NCBI RefSeq assembly: GCF_001194135.2
Contig: NC_068988.1
Location: 28,214,327 to 28,278,326 of the forward strand
Source: Octopus bimaculoides
Taxonomy: Eukaryota
Reading direction: 5' to 3'
DNA: 64,000 bases
The notes beneath the pieces were generated by a model that was not told the origin of the DNA, ran no database searches, and was given only the letters and a program-made list of their open reading frames with translations. Of this stretch, positions 38,853 to 50,258 are shown piece by piece. The position numbers and the translations under genes are program-made. The stretch's first letter is position 1; every line of letters starts with the position of its first letter.

Positions 38853-38939
38853 CTGGAGGGAGATACAAATGCAAATGGCAGAGGACAGACATTATTAAGC
38901 TGGCTACAAATAAAACTCTTCTTTTCCCTTTCCTTTTAT

Positions 38940-39465
38940 TTTTACTTGTTTCATTCATTAGACTGTGGCCATGCTGGAGCATGACTTCAAAGGATAAATT
39001 GATCTGACTCTAGTACTTCTTTTAAAGTTTGGTAGCTATTCTTTCAGTCTCCTTTGCCAAACCGCTAAGTTTACAAACCAATACCAGTCGTCAAGTGGTG
39101 GTGGGAGAACAAACAGAAACAAAAATCAGACACACACATATTGTATATATATATATATATATATAAGGCATTCAGCCGTAGAAACCATGCCACAACAGAT
39201 AGCTGGAGCCTGGACAGCTCCCAGCTAGTCAGCTCTATGTCAAAATACCCAACCCATGCCGGCATGGAAAGCAGATGTTAAACAATGATGATGATGATGA
39301 TATACAGCAGGCTTCTACACAATTTCCATCAACCAAATTCACTCACAAGGTATCGGTCGGCTTGAGGCTACAGTAGAAGACATTTGCCCAAGGTGCCATG
39401 TAGTGGGACTGAACCTGAATCCACATGGTGGCAAAGTAAGTTTTTAATTATATCCACTCTTGTAC
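38940..39465 (-). mobile_element. SINE family A copy interrupted by a family B fragment (39167..39303)
   Basis: 3' body at 38940-39165 and head at 39305-39465 flank a (GAT)n-tailed insert. Confidence 0.75.
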
Positions 39466-40141
39466 CTAAAACCTCGACCATCTCTGGTCAATGATCATTT
39501 TAAAGACAACCTTCTGTAGGTGATTGCAATAATGGTGCTATCATACCAAGGGGGTCAGGGGTCGGGCATCGATAATAACAGGAGTTTTAAACAAGCAAAC
39601 TTACTTCTAATTCTTTTATTTTTCTTTTTAATACTTCAATTTCTTGTAAAGCATCAGCAAGATTTTCAGCTAACTTTCGACTTGATTGACTATCTGAGAT
39701 TAATAAATAAAATCATAAATCATAAGTCAAACAACAGCAACAACAACAAAATCAAGTACAATGGAAGATAAGCCTTTTTAAGTTTGAATTTCATTTACTA
39801 TTTCACTCAGGTAGAAATAACAACAATGTCCCAAACAAACCAAATTTCTATATTTAATACACTTAAATAAAAAAAAGAAGCTATCTCCATATTTCTTGTT
39901 TAAGAGTTACAAAGCTTTTTTTAGCTGGAATAAATTAATTACAAGATGATGTACTAAGCAGTGTTGGATGAAATATAATTATGTGCAGTCACATTTGAAA
40001 TGTCTGAATGCATTTCCTTCAATGCAGCCCAATGCGACTCTGATTAATGATATATTCCAGCTGGACAAAGCTTTCTGCACATCAGCAAATGTAGCATTTG
40101 CTATTAAGTGTGACCAGCTCTTATTTGCCTTATTGTCCTAC

Positions 40142-40164
40142 CGTCTGGTGATGCCGTTCACGGT
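40142..40164 (-). CDS. Candidate 23-nt microexon (YRERHHQT) that restores phase 1 to 0
   Basis: CCACTAG|AC acceptor and ACG|GTAGGA donor. It was the most plausible way I found to link exon 40953 to exon 38852 in frame. The acceptor is weak. Confidence 0.4.
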
Positions 40165-40249
40165 CTAGTGGTGTGTTTACACCCATATTGTCCTAAAGGA
40201 AAATTTTTTTTCTCTCAAGACAATTCAGGCAGTGTATTGTTTTTCCATA

Positions 40250-40700
40250 TCCAGTGCCAGTGGAGCACTAACAGCACCGTCCGAGTGTGATCATTGCCAG
40301 AGCAGCTGTCTGGCTTCCGTGCTAGTGGCACGTAAATAGCACCATTTGAGCGTGATCATTACTAGCGTCGCCTTACTGGCACGTTTAGAAAATCATTCAA
40401 GCGAGGTTGTTGTCAGTGCCTCTGGACTGGCTCCTGTGCAGCTGGCACGTAAAAAACACCATTTTGAGCGTGGCCGTTGCCACTACCGCCTGACTGGCCC
40501 TCATGCCAGTGGCACATAAAAGCACCCACTACACTCTCGGAGGGTTGGCATTAGGAAGGGCATCCAGCTGTAGAAACTCTGCCAGATCAGATTGGAGCCT
40601 GGTGCAGCCATCCGGTTCACCAGTACTCAGTCAAATCGTCCAACCTATGCTAGCATGGAAGGCAGACGTTAAACAATGATGATGATGATGATGATGATAT
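40250..40700 (+). mobile_element. SINE-like family B, longest copy: 5' tandem GGCACGTAAAAAGCACC-like units, AGGAAGGGCATCCAGCTGTAGAAAC core, (GAT)n tail
   Basis: More than 15 partial copies in the window (e.g. ~9085, 11920, 12255, 13745, 14740, 15320, 16795, 18953, 19670, 36045, 42120, 49945, 61185). Most copies are 5'-truncated and share the 3' tail. Confidence 0.8.
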
Positions 40701-40952
40701 TAGGATATGACTCGACATAACCATGTTTCATAGCATGATATTTATACTGCTGTGTTGAAAGAGTTTTATATCAAATTCTTCCTATAAGAACTTAAAGCAA
40801 GAAATTGCAACAGCAATGTGAAATTTACAGATCAGTTAAATACTACAAGATACCATTTTCTTACTTTATCTACATTCTACGTTAGCTTATGCTAATAACA
40901 AAGGAAATACAGATGTGTTGAGTGAAGAAACAGAAGTGTTTCAACAACTTAC

Positions 40953-41014
40953 AATTGTCTTCGTCTTCAATGGAAGGTGACAGAAGACATTGCACTTCTT
41001 TGGAAACCGTTGCA
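40953..41014 (-). CDS. CAP-Gly-domain protein exon (ATVSKEVQCLLSPSIEDEDN)
   Basis: Long T-rich acceptor TTTTTTTCAG|T and donor T|GTAAGT, phase 2 to 1. Confidence 0.75.
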
Positions 41015-41356
41015 CTGAAAAAAATATAAGATAAAAAATAATCAGTTTTAATGGTGTAACTTGAAGCAGATAAAGCTATAAATAATAACATGTAGATAAT
41101 TGGTTAAAAGAACTCCTGGGTGGAAAAGCTGAAGGCTGCAGCTGGGATCCAAACTTACATCTTCCATAGATATGACAGGGTGTACTACCATGGAACCAAA
41201 GCAATTCTTTGAATTTTTTCCATCTATTCCAGAAGCTTTGTTCTTACCAACAAAAATTGTATATTGTTTACATCATAAGAATATAGAAACTTTGACAGAT
41301 GTGAAATAAATATTTTTTAAGAAGGGAACTTGAAGTAGATAAAGCTGTAGATAATA

Positions 41357-41408
<52 letters not shown>

Positions 41409-41794
41409 AGTTAAAAAGCCCCTTGGATAGAAAAAAAATCAAAGGCTGCTTGTGGGACTCGATATCTGCTGTAAATGACAGACATTTTACCATCATACTG
41501 AAGCAATCTTTCAAAATTCTTCATCCATTTTAGAAGCCTATTCTTGCACCAGTGAAAATTGCATGTTGTTTACTTCATAAGAATTTACCAACTTTGAGAA
41601 ATATCGCATAAGTTAAAATATTGAATATTTCAGTTTTATACACAAATATATATATATATATGATAGATAGATAGATAGATAGATAGATAGACAGATAGAT
41701 ATATGGGTGCCTTCGACAGTGCTGATGTATGTGACTTGATTGGTCTCTTCATCCTAGATATGCTAAAAAAGAAATTCCCTTCAACTTGTACACA

Positions 41795-42073
41795 GACAAG
41801 TGTACCCTTAACGTAGTTCTCGGGGATATTCAGCGTGACACAGTGTGACAAGGCTGGCCCTTTGAATTACAGGCACAACAGAAACAGGAAGTAAGAGTGA
41901 GAGAAAGTCGTGGTGAAAGAGTACAGCAGGGTTTGCCACCATCCCCTGCTGGAGCATCGTGGAGCTTGAGGTGTTTTCGCTCAATAAACACTCACAATGC
42001 CCAGTCTGGGAATCGAAACCGTGATCCCATGACCGCGAGTCTGCTGTCTTAACCACTGGGCCATTGCGCCTCC
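41795..42073 (-). mobile_element. SINE family E: tRNA-derived head GGAGGCGCAATGGCCCAGTGGTTAAG...GGTTTCGATTCC
   Basis: A and B boxes are present. The 3' body (CCTGTAATTCAA...GAGAACTAC) is shared with the + strand copy at about 8800..9060. Confidence 0.75.
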
Positions 42074-42296
42074 ACACACACACACACATATATATACATA
42101 TTATATACATATATATATATGCTGGTGCCATGTAAAAAGCACTCAATACACTCTGTAAAGTGGTTGGCATTAGGAAGGGCATCCAACCGCGGAAACCACG
42201 CCAAAGAAGACAATGAAGCTTGGTATGGCTCCCAACCTTGTTGCAATCATGAGCGCAACATCCTAACCACGAGGTCATGTGCCTTTATCAATAATA

Positions 42297-42329
<33 letters not shown>

Positions 42330-42432
42330 GTGAAAAGTATTTATGAGTATTATTGAGAACAACTCAAGACTTGGCAAGCAAGTAATAACAGCTCCTAATT
42401 AGAATCATAACAAATATTTGAAAGTAACTTAC

Positions 42433-42971
42433 TTAGATTTTGGCAAATGTGGTATTGGCTTTGATACAATTTCTGGTAAAGAATCCTTTCGTTTATGACC
42501 GTCATCGGTCAATTCTTCACTTGGTCGATCCGAAGAAGAGGACTCAGTAAGAGAACATACGTCAGCCGGAACATCACAGAGGCTGGTGGGAGATTCTGGT
42601 GGGAGGTCAGTAGAGTTTGGCCGTGAATCAGGAGGATGGTGAATAATTGCTTGAGTGATAATGCCATTGTGTAAGGTTTTAGGGGATGGTTCTGTCGATG
42701 AATTGGGCTGTGTTGTAGCATACTTGGAGGCACGAAACCGACTGGGAGATGTGGGGCTATCAGCGAGTTTATTGATCACAGGAGTAATGCTGTGAACATC
42801 ACTACTGCTGTTGTTATTGTTGTTGTTGTTGTTGTTATTGTGGTTGTTGTTATTGTGATTAGGAGAGTAGGAATATCCTGATAGTTTATGACCCCTCAGT
42901 TTGTCTGTCTTTGGGGAGTTACTTAAGACACTTGATGACTGGCTACATCGGGAGCAGGGACGAGATCTTTC
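42433..42971 (-). CDS. CAP-Gly-domain protein exon (539 nt): ERSRPCSRCSQ, poly-Asn tract, S/P/T-rich, ends PHLPKS
   Basis: TTTAATTTCAG|GAA acceptor and AA|GTAAGT donor. Open for 179 codons, phase 0 to 2. Extends track ORF 42429..42779. Confidence 0.85.
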
Positions 42972-43057
42972 CTGAAATTAAACATGAGACATTTGTTTTA
43001 TATTTCGTATGTGTATTTCGTGTGCAAGATTCTTGATGTGGATACGTGTGTTGAAAG

Positions 43058-43305
43058 AAATACAATTAAACCTTGGGAGAGGCATTATGCTGGTAATAAA
43101 CACACGCACTGGTTTAGTCCTTTATTAATTTATAAACAATATATAGTTTTTTGTTAAATAATTTCATTGCACTCTGAAGAGATTGCAAGAGTGCAATGAA
43201 ATTATTTAACAAAAAACTATATACTGTTTATAAATTAATAAAGGACTGAACCAGTGCGTGTGTTTATTACCAGCATAATGCCTCTCCCAAGGTTTAATTG
43301 TATTT
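43058..43305. repeat. Near-perfect inverted repeat: 118-bp arms, 12-nt loop, 2 mismatches
   Basis: 43058..43175 pairs with 43188..43305. Mismatches are at 43139/43224 and 43115/43248. Confidence 0.95.
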
Positions 43306-43460
43306 ATTTTATAATTCAACATCAAATCATAAGAATATCTTCTGNNNNNNNNNNNNNNNNNNNNNNNNNNNNNNNNNNNNNNNNNNNNNNNNNNNNNNNN
43401 NNNNNNNNNNNNNGGGGAGTGAGGGCTGTTGATTAGTTTGTGTGGGATTTTTTTTTATTC

Positions 43461-43847
43461 TTTTATTTGTTTCAGTCATTTGACTGTGGCCATGCTGGAG
43501 CACCGCCTTTAGTTGAACAAATCAACCCCAGGAGTTATTCTTTGTAAGCCTGGTACTTATTCTATCAGTCCCTTTTGCTGAACTGCTAAGTTACGGGGAC
43601 ATAAACACATCAACATCAGTTGTCAAGCGATGGTAGGGGGACAAACATAGATACACAAACCCAAACACACACATATACATATATACGACGCTTCTTTCAG
43701 TTTCCATCCACCAAATTCACTCACAAGGCTTTGGTCGGCCCGAGGCTATAGTAGAAGACACTTGCCCAAGGTGCCACGCAGTGGGACTGAACCTGGAACC
43801 ATGTAGTTGGTAAGCAAGCTACTTACCACACAGCTACTCCTGCACCT
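43461..43847 (-). mobile_element. SINE family A copy
   Basis: Reverse complement closely matches the 46519 copy over its full length. Confidence 0.85.
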
Positions 43848-43999
43848 ACATATGATTATTTCTTATTTTATCAACCCCTGGTGGAAAGAAAGTCAAGATT
43901 CACCCATACTCAATTGGAACTCAGAGTTTATAGACAAAAAATTATGCAAAGAAAACAAGTCCCCTTCTGCAAACTTACTGTCCCTTTATAATTACTTTC

Positions 44000-44200
44000 A
44001 AATTTTGACACAAGGCCAGCAATTTGAGGTGAGGGGTCAAGTCGATTACATCGACTCCAGTGTTCTACTGGTACGTATTTTATCGACCCTGAATGGATGA
44101 AAGGCAAAATCTACCCCAGCAGAATTTGAACTCAGAACGTGAAGCCAGATGAAATGCTGCCAAGCATTTTTCTTCCTGTCTTGGTAATGATTCTGCCAAG
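44000..44200 (-). mobile_element. SINE family C copy
   Basis: GGATGAAAGGCAAAATC...GAATTTGAACTCAGAAC. Confidence 0.75.
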
Positions 44201-44418
44201 CTTGCTGCCTTAACAATACTACTACTACTACTACTACTATAACAAATAATAATAATAATAATAATAAACCACAGCAAACCACAGCACATACCCAAGGCAC
44301 ACAGAGCTGCGCTCGGTAGTGAAGTGAAAGCACGTTATAAAAATAGAACTACTGAATAATAATAATAATAATGATAATCTTCAGGAGGAGTTACCTCAAT
44401 CCTTTCTATATTAACCAA

Positions 44419-44452
<34 letters not shown>

Positions 44453-45429
44453 GTGATAGTTTTTTTAAATGTTGCAAACACAGTTTTATCCCCACTCAAG
44501 ACAATGTTGCACACACATCAAAAACACAAGCACACATAGTTGTGTAATAGAATATAAATCACATGAAACTATTGAAAATTTAATAATGATTTTAACAAAA
44601 AAAGAACAAAAAAGAAAAACCCAGAACATTTATTTTGTTTTACATCTCAAAAAACATAATGGAGGATGATGAAAGAAAATATTGCAAATGATTTATGACA
44701 TAATTATTCATAAAAAACTGAAACGATGTAATGTAGACACATCTCACTCCAGATATGCACTGCTTCTTATGAACAACAATCTTGTAATCCCAAAAGGGAC
44801 CACAGCCTAGCCTCATTTATCAGCATCCAGAGAAAAAACAACAGCAGCCACTTCTACCACTGCTGCCACCACCACCACCACCACCACCACCACCAATACC
44901 CCACATAAAAGAAACTCCAATAATACCATATCTTTATTATTCATGAGCAATATACAACAAAACCATCACAAACTTTATTAAATTTTTAGACTTCAAAAAT
45001 CTCTGATGAGTTTCCATAGCAACCACATGTCTTTAACAGTAAAATCTGCACTAAAAATGCCTTTTTTTGTCTCAGGGTCAGTAATGTATTTAGATTATCT
45101 GCTGATCTTCTTTCTATAAGGCACAAGTTCATCCCAGAGTATTGCTCACATATTTAGATCAGTGTGACTATTACATACACACACACAAAGACAAGAACAC
45201 ACAGCCTTATTTTGCAAGTGTGTCTAACATTTGGGTAGTGTTATGTAGCATGCTTTTGCTTACTGTTTTAGCTGTCTATGTGTCTAAACAACCCTGAGGA
45301 CCACCTCTTCCCAGAGGTAGAAATAGGTTTGTGCAGGAGTCAACACTCCTACCTTAGAAAAAAGGCAATGTTACAGAAGCATTAATGATAACTGAAAACC
45401 AGCAAGACCTGGGAAAGGGGCCTTCCCTC

Positions 45430-45605
45430 AAGGAAACATATGAACCTGCAAGGGAGGTGGAAGAGAGGACACACTAAAAATATTGAGATACTGAGGTAGA
45501 GCTGAAAAAACTGGGATTCAACTGGAAAGAAGCAGAAAAGACAGCCCAGGGTTGAGGACAGTGGAGACAGGGCATTGATGGCTAATGTTCCATAGGGAGC
45601 AAAGG
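45430..45605 (+). pseudogene. Decayed RTE-like LINE 3' end
   Basis: GRWKRG...ELKKLGFNWKEAEKTAQ...QWR...CSIG, resembling RTE C-termini. Confidence 0.55.
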
Positions 45606-45611
45606 GCTTAA

Positions 45612-45812
45612 CCCTTTAGCATTCAAACAGGCCCAAGTATTTGATCTGTTTTTATGGTCAAACTGGCCAGATCTGGCCTCTCACACCTGCCTTATAATGT
45701 CACTCTAAACATAAACAATCACATCATCAAAATCACGAAGCTATGAGATAATACATGATACATTTGAAACTTTAAGCATTACAGCTAATGGATCAATCTG
45801 AATGCTAAAGGG
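45612..45812. mobile_element. piggyBac-type MITE (TTAA TSD, perfect 14-bp TIR CCCTTTAGCATTCA)
   Basis: TTAA at 45608-11 and 45813-16 flank the perfect TIRs. An isolated left end lies at 13965. Confidence 0.85.
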
Positions 45813-46518
45813 TTAAATAAATAATACAATGTAGTTGCAAGCAGACATATACCCTGTCAGTCCTGTCACCTTTGTCTCAGTAGAACACCCAAGATGTGAT
45901 GGCTGGACAAAGAGAGAGGGCTACACCAGCACCTACCCAGTTCTCATTTGCAGAAGGGTGAACTAAAGCAACAAGAATCGAAGTGTCTTGCTCAAGGACA
46001 CAACACACCATCTGGTCTAGGAATTGAAACCATAACTTTATAATGATGATCCCTCAATGCCCTAACCACAAGGCAATGATAACCCCATTGCCCACTCAAA
46101 AGGCCATCTAACTGATAGCTTTTGCTCCGTACACTTTTCACTCACCAACGCACAACAATGGATGAATCACCAACATGATGGGTCCTACCGCTGTACCTTT
46201 TATTGCAACAACAATGATTCACGATGCTAGATAGAAAGTTGTGTACTGCTCCCACCTAAGCCTGCCTAATACACCTGTCTTTCCATCTTTTGTCCCTCAT
46301 CCCTCAAATCCATTACTATAAAGATTTTACTAAAGCTTTTCTGTCCAGAATAGCAGCTCTTTGTAAGTCACCCTGCCAGTCATGAGAAAAAAAGGCATTT
46401 ATTTTTGGGGCAGATTTTACTGTTAAAAACATGGGGTTGCTATGGAAACTCATCAGAGATTTTTGAAGTCTAAAAACTTCAAAACAAACCATCAGCTGAA
46501 TTACTTTCAACAATTATA

Positions 46519-46921
46519 GACGCAGGAGTGGCTGTGTGGTAAGTAGCTCGCTTACGAACCACATGGTTCCGGGTTCAGTCCCACCTGTGTGGCATCTTGG
46601 GCAAGTGTCTTCTACTATAGCCTCGGGCTGACCAAAGCCTTGTGAGTGGATTTGGTAGACGGAAACTGAAAGAAGCCCGTTGTATATATGTATATATATA
46701 TATGTGTATGTGTGTGTATGTGTTTGTGTGTCTGTGTTTGTCCCCCCAACATCGCTTGACAACCGATGCTGGTGTGTTTACGTCCCCGTAACTTAGCAGT
46801 TCGGCAAAAGAGACCGATAGAATAAGTACTAGGCTTACAAAGAATAAGTCCTGGGGTCGATTTGCTCGACTAAAGGCGGTGCTCCAGCATGGCTACAGTC
46901 AAATGACTGAAACAAGTAAAA
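46519..46921 (+). mobile_element. SINE family A, near full-length: tRNA-like head, CCTTGGGCAAGT-type core, internal (TA/TG)n, conserved 3' body
   Basis: A-box-like TGGCTGTGTGGTA and B-box-like GGTTCAGTCC. More than 10 related copies occur in the window. Confidence 0.85.
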
Positions 46922-47425
46922 GGCTCTGAGTAGTGTTCCTTCTGATGAGTATTAAAGGAGGTGGATACAGTCAATTAGATTAACCTCAGTTCTCAACCAG
47001 CACTTATTTTTATCAACCCTGCAAAGATGAAAAGATAAAGTCGACCTTCTGTTGCTACAACAATGGTGGCTCCTGGTAGATCTCAGCTCTGAACAACAAC
47101 AAAAATGGCAGCTGTGGCAGCGATGACGCTGACAATGACAACAGCAACAACAACAAAGGCTTAAAGATGCAATTTATTATGTGTGTGCAGTGAGACAAGA
47201 AGTTGTGAGTCATGAAGTAGAGATTCAGTGACATATCAAATAATGATAAAAGTTTAAAGGATGGAAACACACACACACACACACACATAAAGGATAGAAA
47301 ATATAACATTGTGGAAGATAAAATATTTGTCAAATTGACAAGCAACGCAGGAGAATAATGCTCAATATTTAGTTACAAATAAGAACATTTATTATCACAT
47401 GTATCAACATATTTATCTATTCATA

Positions 47426-47493
<68 letters not shown>

Positions 47494-49131
47494 CTGATAT
47501 AAAGTAAAACAATAGTTAATTTGTTAAAATTTAGAAGGATTTTTCTGAGTCTGTTCTAAACTAAATGAAAAAACAAATAAATAAATTGTTATCTGCAAAC
47601 AAATCATTTTATCAAAGTGATATGTCTTTCTCTGATCTGTCAGTGTCGTCTGATAGAGATACCGTTTTTGTGTCAGTGCTGTATTGGCAAAAATCTTCAT
47701 CATATCAGTGTGGGGTATAGGTGAAATCAAACTTAGGGTAAACGATTAAAAGTTTTATCAAACGTAATTATCAGCATATGACGATATAGATATTAGGCAA
47801 ATTTTATCAAGTATTATTATCAGTATATTCTTATGGATATTATGAAATGAGAAGCAAATGGATTCTGATGTAAGTTCAAAGAAATAGTGTGTTAATTTAA
47901 TTTAAACAACAGTGGAATTGTTTTTATCAGAAATAAATTAAAACAGTACTTTTAAATATTGATAGCTAATACATTAGCTTTGTAAATATTTTTCAAAATG
48001 TATCTTAAACCTACAGTTGCTGGGATGTTATTTCAGTAAATCCTATAGTGGTATGTTGTTAAACAAAATCAACATAAATGTGTGTTTGAATATGTTTAAA
48101 ACTTACTCTTGTAAAAGCAACCTAGCAAAAGAAAACGGATATTCTTAAATAAAAAGCACAGTGTATGTAAAAAAAAAAAGAGTCTCGCAACAACTGTAGA
48201 CTGTGGTGTAGTAAAGATAACATATCTCAGAGTATGGATATCCTGAAACAGCCTCTGTGTAATATTTCACGAAGGAGGAGAGAGAGAGGTGTGGCTCCTC
48301 GTGCTGTATTGAAGGTAACACATCTTGTGTTGAGCTAAGCATGGGTGGTGCTAAACGTGGCCAAGAAAACCCATCTCATTTATACCAGCGTGTAGAGATG
48401 TAGGTGATTTCTTCAATGACGACGACGATGATGATGATGATGATGATATACAATTGTAAAGTGAGTTTTTAAGCCCCTCCACCAACTCACTAAAACCAGT
48501 GAGCTGACAGTTTATGTCAACAACACATTCTGAATTTGTCTGAAGAAATCAAGTTTCTTCCTTTGCTGGATTAGTTTAAAAAATATGTCATTATCAAATT
48601 TCTTTGATATTTAGTTTCAGATCTCTAATAGTCTCTTGCCATATTTTAAGCCAATCCTTAGCAACTACACCATAATTAGCTGCAGACGACAGAGCTATCA
48701 TCCAGATTAGTAACTAACCCAAAATTCCAACTTATAAATCTGATCTACTTAAAAGAAACCATCAGCTTTCCTCTTGGCACATCTATGAAAGCAAGCTACC
48801 AATTATTTACCATGTGAATATCAAGCAGTTGATTAGTTATACAGTCTGACATCCAAGAAGCTAGTATTAATAATTTTTACATTCACTCCTACCTCACCTC
48901 TCTTACTCTGAAAAATGAAGAAAAAAAAAAAAATTAAAAAGTAAGCCTTTGCTAAGATAGATTGCTCCCTAAATCTCCCCAGATACATTCTAATCAGAAG
49001 CCAGCTGCAATTCTGAAAGAATCAGCTCATCTATAAGTTTGGCAAAGATATAAATCTATAAAGAGGAAGATTGGAAGTTGATGCAATGGTGATGTTGAAA
49101 TACATGTGAAGCAAGACTCGTTTGTATATAC

Positions 49132-49282
49132 CTGGGCATTAGGGTCGTTGAGAGTGGAACCATCCTGATAGGAGTTCAATGATGTTGGGGTGGGGCTTGT
49201 GGAATGGCTTGTGTGCATACTGGCAGAAGATGAATGTAAGACATTGTTCTGTTGCTTCAAAAGTAGGATATCTTTTTCAAGG
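49132..49282 (-). CDS. CAP-Gly-domain protein, most 5' exon I can support (LEKDILLLKQQNNVLHSSSAS...DPNAQ)
   Basis: Acceptor TTCCATTCCAG|C and donor CAG|GTATAT. Open frame, phase 2 to 0, compatible with the next exon. Confidence 0.6.
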
Positions 49283-50022
49283 CTGGAATGGAAAAGAAAA
49301 AGAAAATACAAAACAACATTGAAATTTTATATATAAAAAAAAAAGAAAGAAAACAACCAAGCAAAAAGTATTATTTCCAATAAAAATGAAGAAAATCTTT
49401 GCTTATCTGTGGCCAGACAGTAATGATAATTTTTTTCACAGTGATCTTAATTTTTTTTTTTTCCTTTTGGTGGTTAAGTGCAGCTGTTGTAAGGTGAATA
49501 TGTTGTTTAGGCTTGTCCCACAGTCACAACAGATGTTTTTCTTCAAACCACTGCCGTGATGTTAGCATAAACATCGCAGTGACAATGTAACTCTCAAATG
49601 TAGTCAAACTGTATAGAATATCAGGGAAGTAGAAATCAAAACGAGAACTCGGTAGTTATTTTTACAAAAAATTAAATTTAGTGCTGAATAGTTGTTATTA
49701 TCTAATATTTAGAGCAAAAGAATTGGCAAAAGAGAGAACCAACAGTTGAAATATTCTATTAGAAGTAGTCCTACTTCAAAATTTGCAAATTGCCAGATTT
49801 ATTGATGGGTTTATTGTTTCTTTATCTAAAGTGGTGACTTAGCAGAATCATTACTACACCAGACAAAATGCCTTGTGGTGATTCTTCTGACACTTCCCAT
49901 TCAGAGTTCAAATCCTGTCAAGGTCGACTTTTGCCTTTCACCCTTTTGACACAGTCCTGGAGCTTGCCAGACCCTGTCAAACCACCCAACTCTTGCCAAC
50001 ATGAAAAAGGGACATTAAATGA

Positions 50023-50053
<31 letters not shown>

Positions 50054-50188
50054 GTGATGATGGTGATGATGATGATGATGATGGTGATGATGCTTATAAA
50101 ATCTGAATTTTCTAATAAATTAACAAGAGAGCCTTTATGCCAGTGCCTGATCTGCAAGGAAATAGCAGCTAAATTTTCCTAAACTTAC

Positions 50189-50258
50189 ACCTTAAAGAAA
50201 GGACATGTTGGATGATGTAGGTTTTGACATAGCCCCTTTTTTGGGGGTGGTGGGCATA
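50189..50258 (-). CDS. Possible upstream exon of the CAP-Gly gene, frame uncertain
   Basis: CATTGCAG| acceptor and GT|GTAAGT donor. The frame CPPPPKKGLCQNLHHPTCPFFKV would join exon 49282; a second frame is also open. Confidence 0.3.

Noticed and set aside
40250-40520. Repeat-spacer pattern resembling a CRISPR array
   Set aside because: The units are degenerate, lie inside a dispersed (GAT)n-tailed eukaryotic repeat, and have no cas genes nearby.
41995-42073. tRNA gene
   Set aside because: A and B boxes are present but I see no closing acceptor stem, and it continues into a repeat body shared with ~8900. It is a SINE head.
46146-46196. Strong GTGAGT donor on the - strand in the 49132-42971 intron
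   Set aside because: The phase-0 frame needed here contains a stop, and the acceptor is weak.
48145-48450. 65-aa ORF in a GC-richer patch
   Set aside because: No usable donor site. On the + strand it ends in a (GAT)n tail, so it is probably a retroelement 3' end.
50189-50258. SH2-like reading YAHHPQKRGYVKTYIIQHVLSLR
   Set aside because: This frame ends in phase 1 and hits a stop in exon 49282, and I found no upstream exon with the FLVRES motif.
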